This document shows, in pieces, positions 62,775 through 64,000 of a DNA stretch of 64,000 nucleotides (position 1 is its first letter; each line of letters opens with the position of its first letter). The position numbers were made by a program, and so were the translations under genes. Below the pieces are notes generated by a model. It saw nothing but the letters and a program-made list of their open reading frames with translations, did no database searches and was not told the origin of the DNA. The DNA comes from Bacteroidales bacterium (GTDB lineage: Bacteria; Bacteroidota; Bacteroidia; Bacteroidales; UBA12077), in the NCBI GenBank assembly GCA_018334675.1, contig JAGXLL010000003.1, positions 37,050 to 101,049 of the forward strand, given 5' to 3'.

Positions 62775-64000
62775 CTATCTCAGAATGATTTTTTCGTGGA
62801 ACTGACCAGCGGTAGTTTCCACCATCATAATATAAACTCCGGCACCCAGTTCTTCCGTGGAGATGATGGTTCTTCGGGCATCTTCAACAGTTTTAACCCA
62901 GACTCTTTTACCGGTATAATCCACCAGGGTGGAACGATATTGTTTTAAATCCCCGGGGGCTTCCACTACTATCTGGTCGCCAGCCGGGTTGGGGTATATC
63001 CGGAATCCGGCTTCAGTAAGAGAAGAGATACCACTGGCCAGGGTGGAAGTTCCTCCCTTCAGGGCGGGTTTCAGATAACAGCTATCGATTACATTATATT
63101 CATAGAGGTTAAAGTAATAAACCTTGTCCCTATCCAATCCTTCGACCCTCACCGAGTCGCCTGATCCGTTGTATACCACATAAAGCTGGCCGGCAAAGCT
63201 CTCGCCCTGTCCAAAGGTATTATCAGCCTGATAGCCCACTCCGCTTTGCGGGTCCTTTTCAATGGCTGAGCCCTGTGAAGCGGTAACGAGTATGCCATCC
63301 CCGGAGCCCCGGTTCCAGCTCAGGGTAATGTGATTGAGCCCTACATTGGGATAGTCAAGTGATGATACCTGATTGCCCGGCACATCACAGGTAGTGGTAA
63401 CCTGCTTCTCCCGGGGATCACTGTATATCATGCCATCATACGACCACAACCGGTAATGATAGTCGGTCAGAGTGGTAAGGTGGCTGTGGGTATAAGCGGA
63501 TTGATCCTTACCCGTATAGAGCACTTCTCCTCCACCCTCCAGGAGATCACCGGCCAGGTATGTCTGCCCGTCTTGAGGGGCCCCTTCCAGGGTATCCTCA
63601 GCTCCGGCCAGTAAGAGAGAATCGCCAGATTTATTGGGTTCCCAGGACAAACCGACCGAGTCGGGAAATACCTCGGCATCGAAGGTGGCTGGCCGTGCCA
63701 CGAAATTCAGCGCAGGAAGGGCTGTTTCCCATAATCCCCTGCCGTAGGTGGCTGCCCGCAGCTTGTTGTTGCGTCTGTCCTGCTGATCATAGTAGATATC
63801 CAGCTCCGTCACCACTACATTGGGCAGGTTGCTGGAGAAAATCTCCCAGTTTTCCTCTCCCAGCTTCCGGAAAACGCCTATATCGGTGGCGGCATAGAGC
63901 TCGGTGGTTCTTTTGTTGCTGCGGTTCTGCACCACATCCATCACGGGTACGCTAGGAAGACCTGCACTGATGTCCTGCCAGGTCTTTCCACTGTCTGTTG
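62775..64000 (-). CDS. BNR/Asp-box repeat protein with FN3-like region and T9SS C-terminal sorting domain (N-terminus outside window)
   Basis: The reading frame stays open past the listed start to the window edge. The upstream codons read ...TDSGKTWQDISAGLPSVPV..., containing a D-x-G-x-T-W Asp-box (truncated at the window edge). The C-terminal FRIYPNPAGDQIVVEA...LGAGVYIMMVETTAGQFHEKIILR is a typical Por/T9SS CTD. Confidence 0.75.
   Translation of the reverse strand, partial: TDSGKTWQDISAGLPSVPVMDVVQNRSNKRTTELYAATDIGVFRKLGEENWEIFSSNLPNVVVTELDIYYDQQDRRNNKLRAATYGRGLWETALPALNFVARPATFDAEVFPDSVGLSWEPNKSGDSLLLAGAEDTLEGAPQDGQTYLAGDLLEGGGEVLYTGKDQSAYTHSHLTTLTDYHYRLWSYDGMIYSDPREKQVTTTCDVPGNQVSSLDYPNVGLNHITLSWNRGSGDGILVTASQGSAIEKDPQSGVGYQADNTFGQGESFAGQLYVVYNGSGDSVRVEGLDRDKVYYFNLYEYNVIDSCYLKPALKGGTSTLASGISSLTEAGFRIYPNPAGDQIVVEAPGDLKQYRSTLVDYTGKRVWVKTVEDARRTIISTEELGAGVYIMMVETTAGQFHEKIILR

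Noticed and set aside
1-64000. Looked for rRNA, tRNA, CRISPR arrays, transposases, integrases, phage genes and obvious defence-system genes
   Set aside because: I could recognise none by eye: no regularly spaced repeat arrays, no cloverleaf-like GC-rich 75-nt islands in spacers, no DDE/tyrosine-recombinase motifs. This is a manual reading, not a tRNAscan/Infernal run.

Overview
This 64-kb window looks like a chromosomal segment of a Bacteroidota-type genome. The taxonomic call is an inference from a T9SS C-terminal sorting domain, a CarboxypepD_reg TonB-dependent receptor, a tandem-FtsX permease, a GYDIA-type GHMP kinase and TAnnTTTG promoter-like boxes. Coding density is high. I recognised no rRNA, tRNA, CRISPR array, transposase or integrase. 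The dominant feature is a 13.6-kb co-directional run (12.1-25.7 kb). It joins leucine/isovaleryl-CoA catabolic genes (methylcrotonyl-CoA carboxylase beta and alpha, methylglutaconyl-CoA hydratase-like, acyl-CoA dehydrogenase) directly to a mevalonate-pathway block (type-2 IPP isomerase, class II HMG-CoA reductase, GYDIA kinase, diphosphomevalonate decarboxylase, mevalonate kinase). A UbiA prenyltransferase and a KAS III-like enzyme follow. Other clear calls are secA, alr, two S9 peptidases, a Na+/solute symporter, an LctP-family permease, a TPR sensor kinase, an HOGA1-like aldolase plus class-V aminotransferase pair, and an OsmC-family protein. Items worth a second look: a Ni-superoxide dismutase whose leader looks like a Sec signal peptide ending exactly at the Ni-hook histidine; an orphan SiaB/SiaC-like partner-switch pair; a short BLUF protein next to a PAS-adenylate cyclase; a translationally coupled lipoprotein / small secreted protein / long ABC fusion operon; a SatD-like + DUF3307-like pair preceded by three 29-bp direct repeats; a His-rich membrane protein plus a TonB receptor with CxxC in the plug; an internally deleted, frameshifted FtsX permease; and a hexanucleotide repeat and a perfect 27-nt palindrome in intergenic DNA. 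All family assignments rest on motifs read by eye and on recalled family features. No database search was run.
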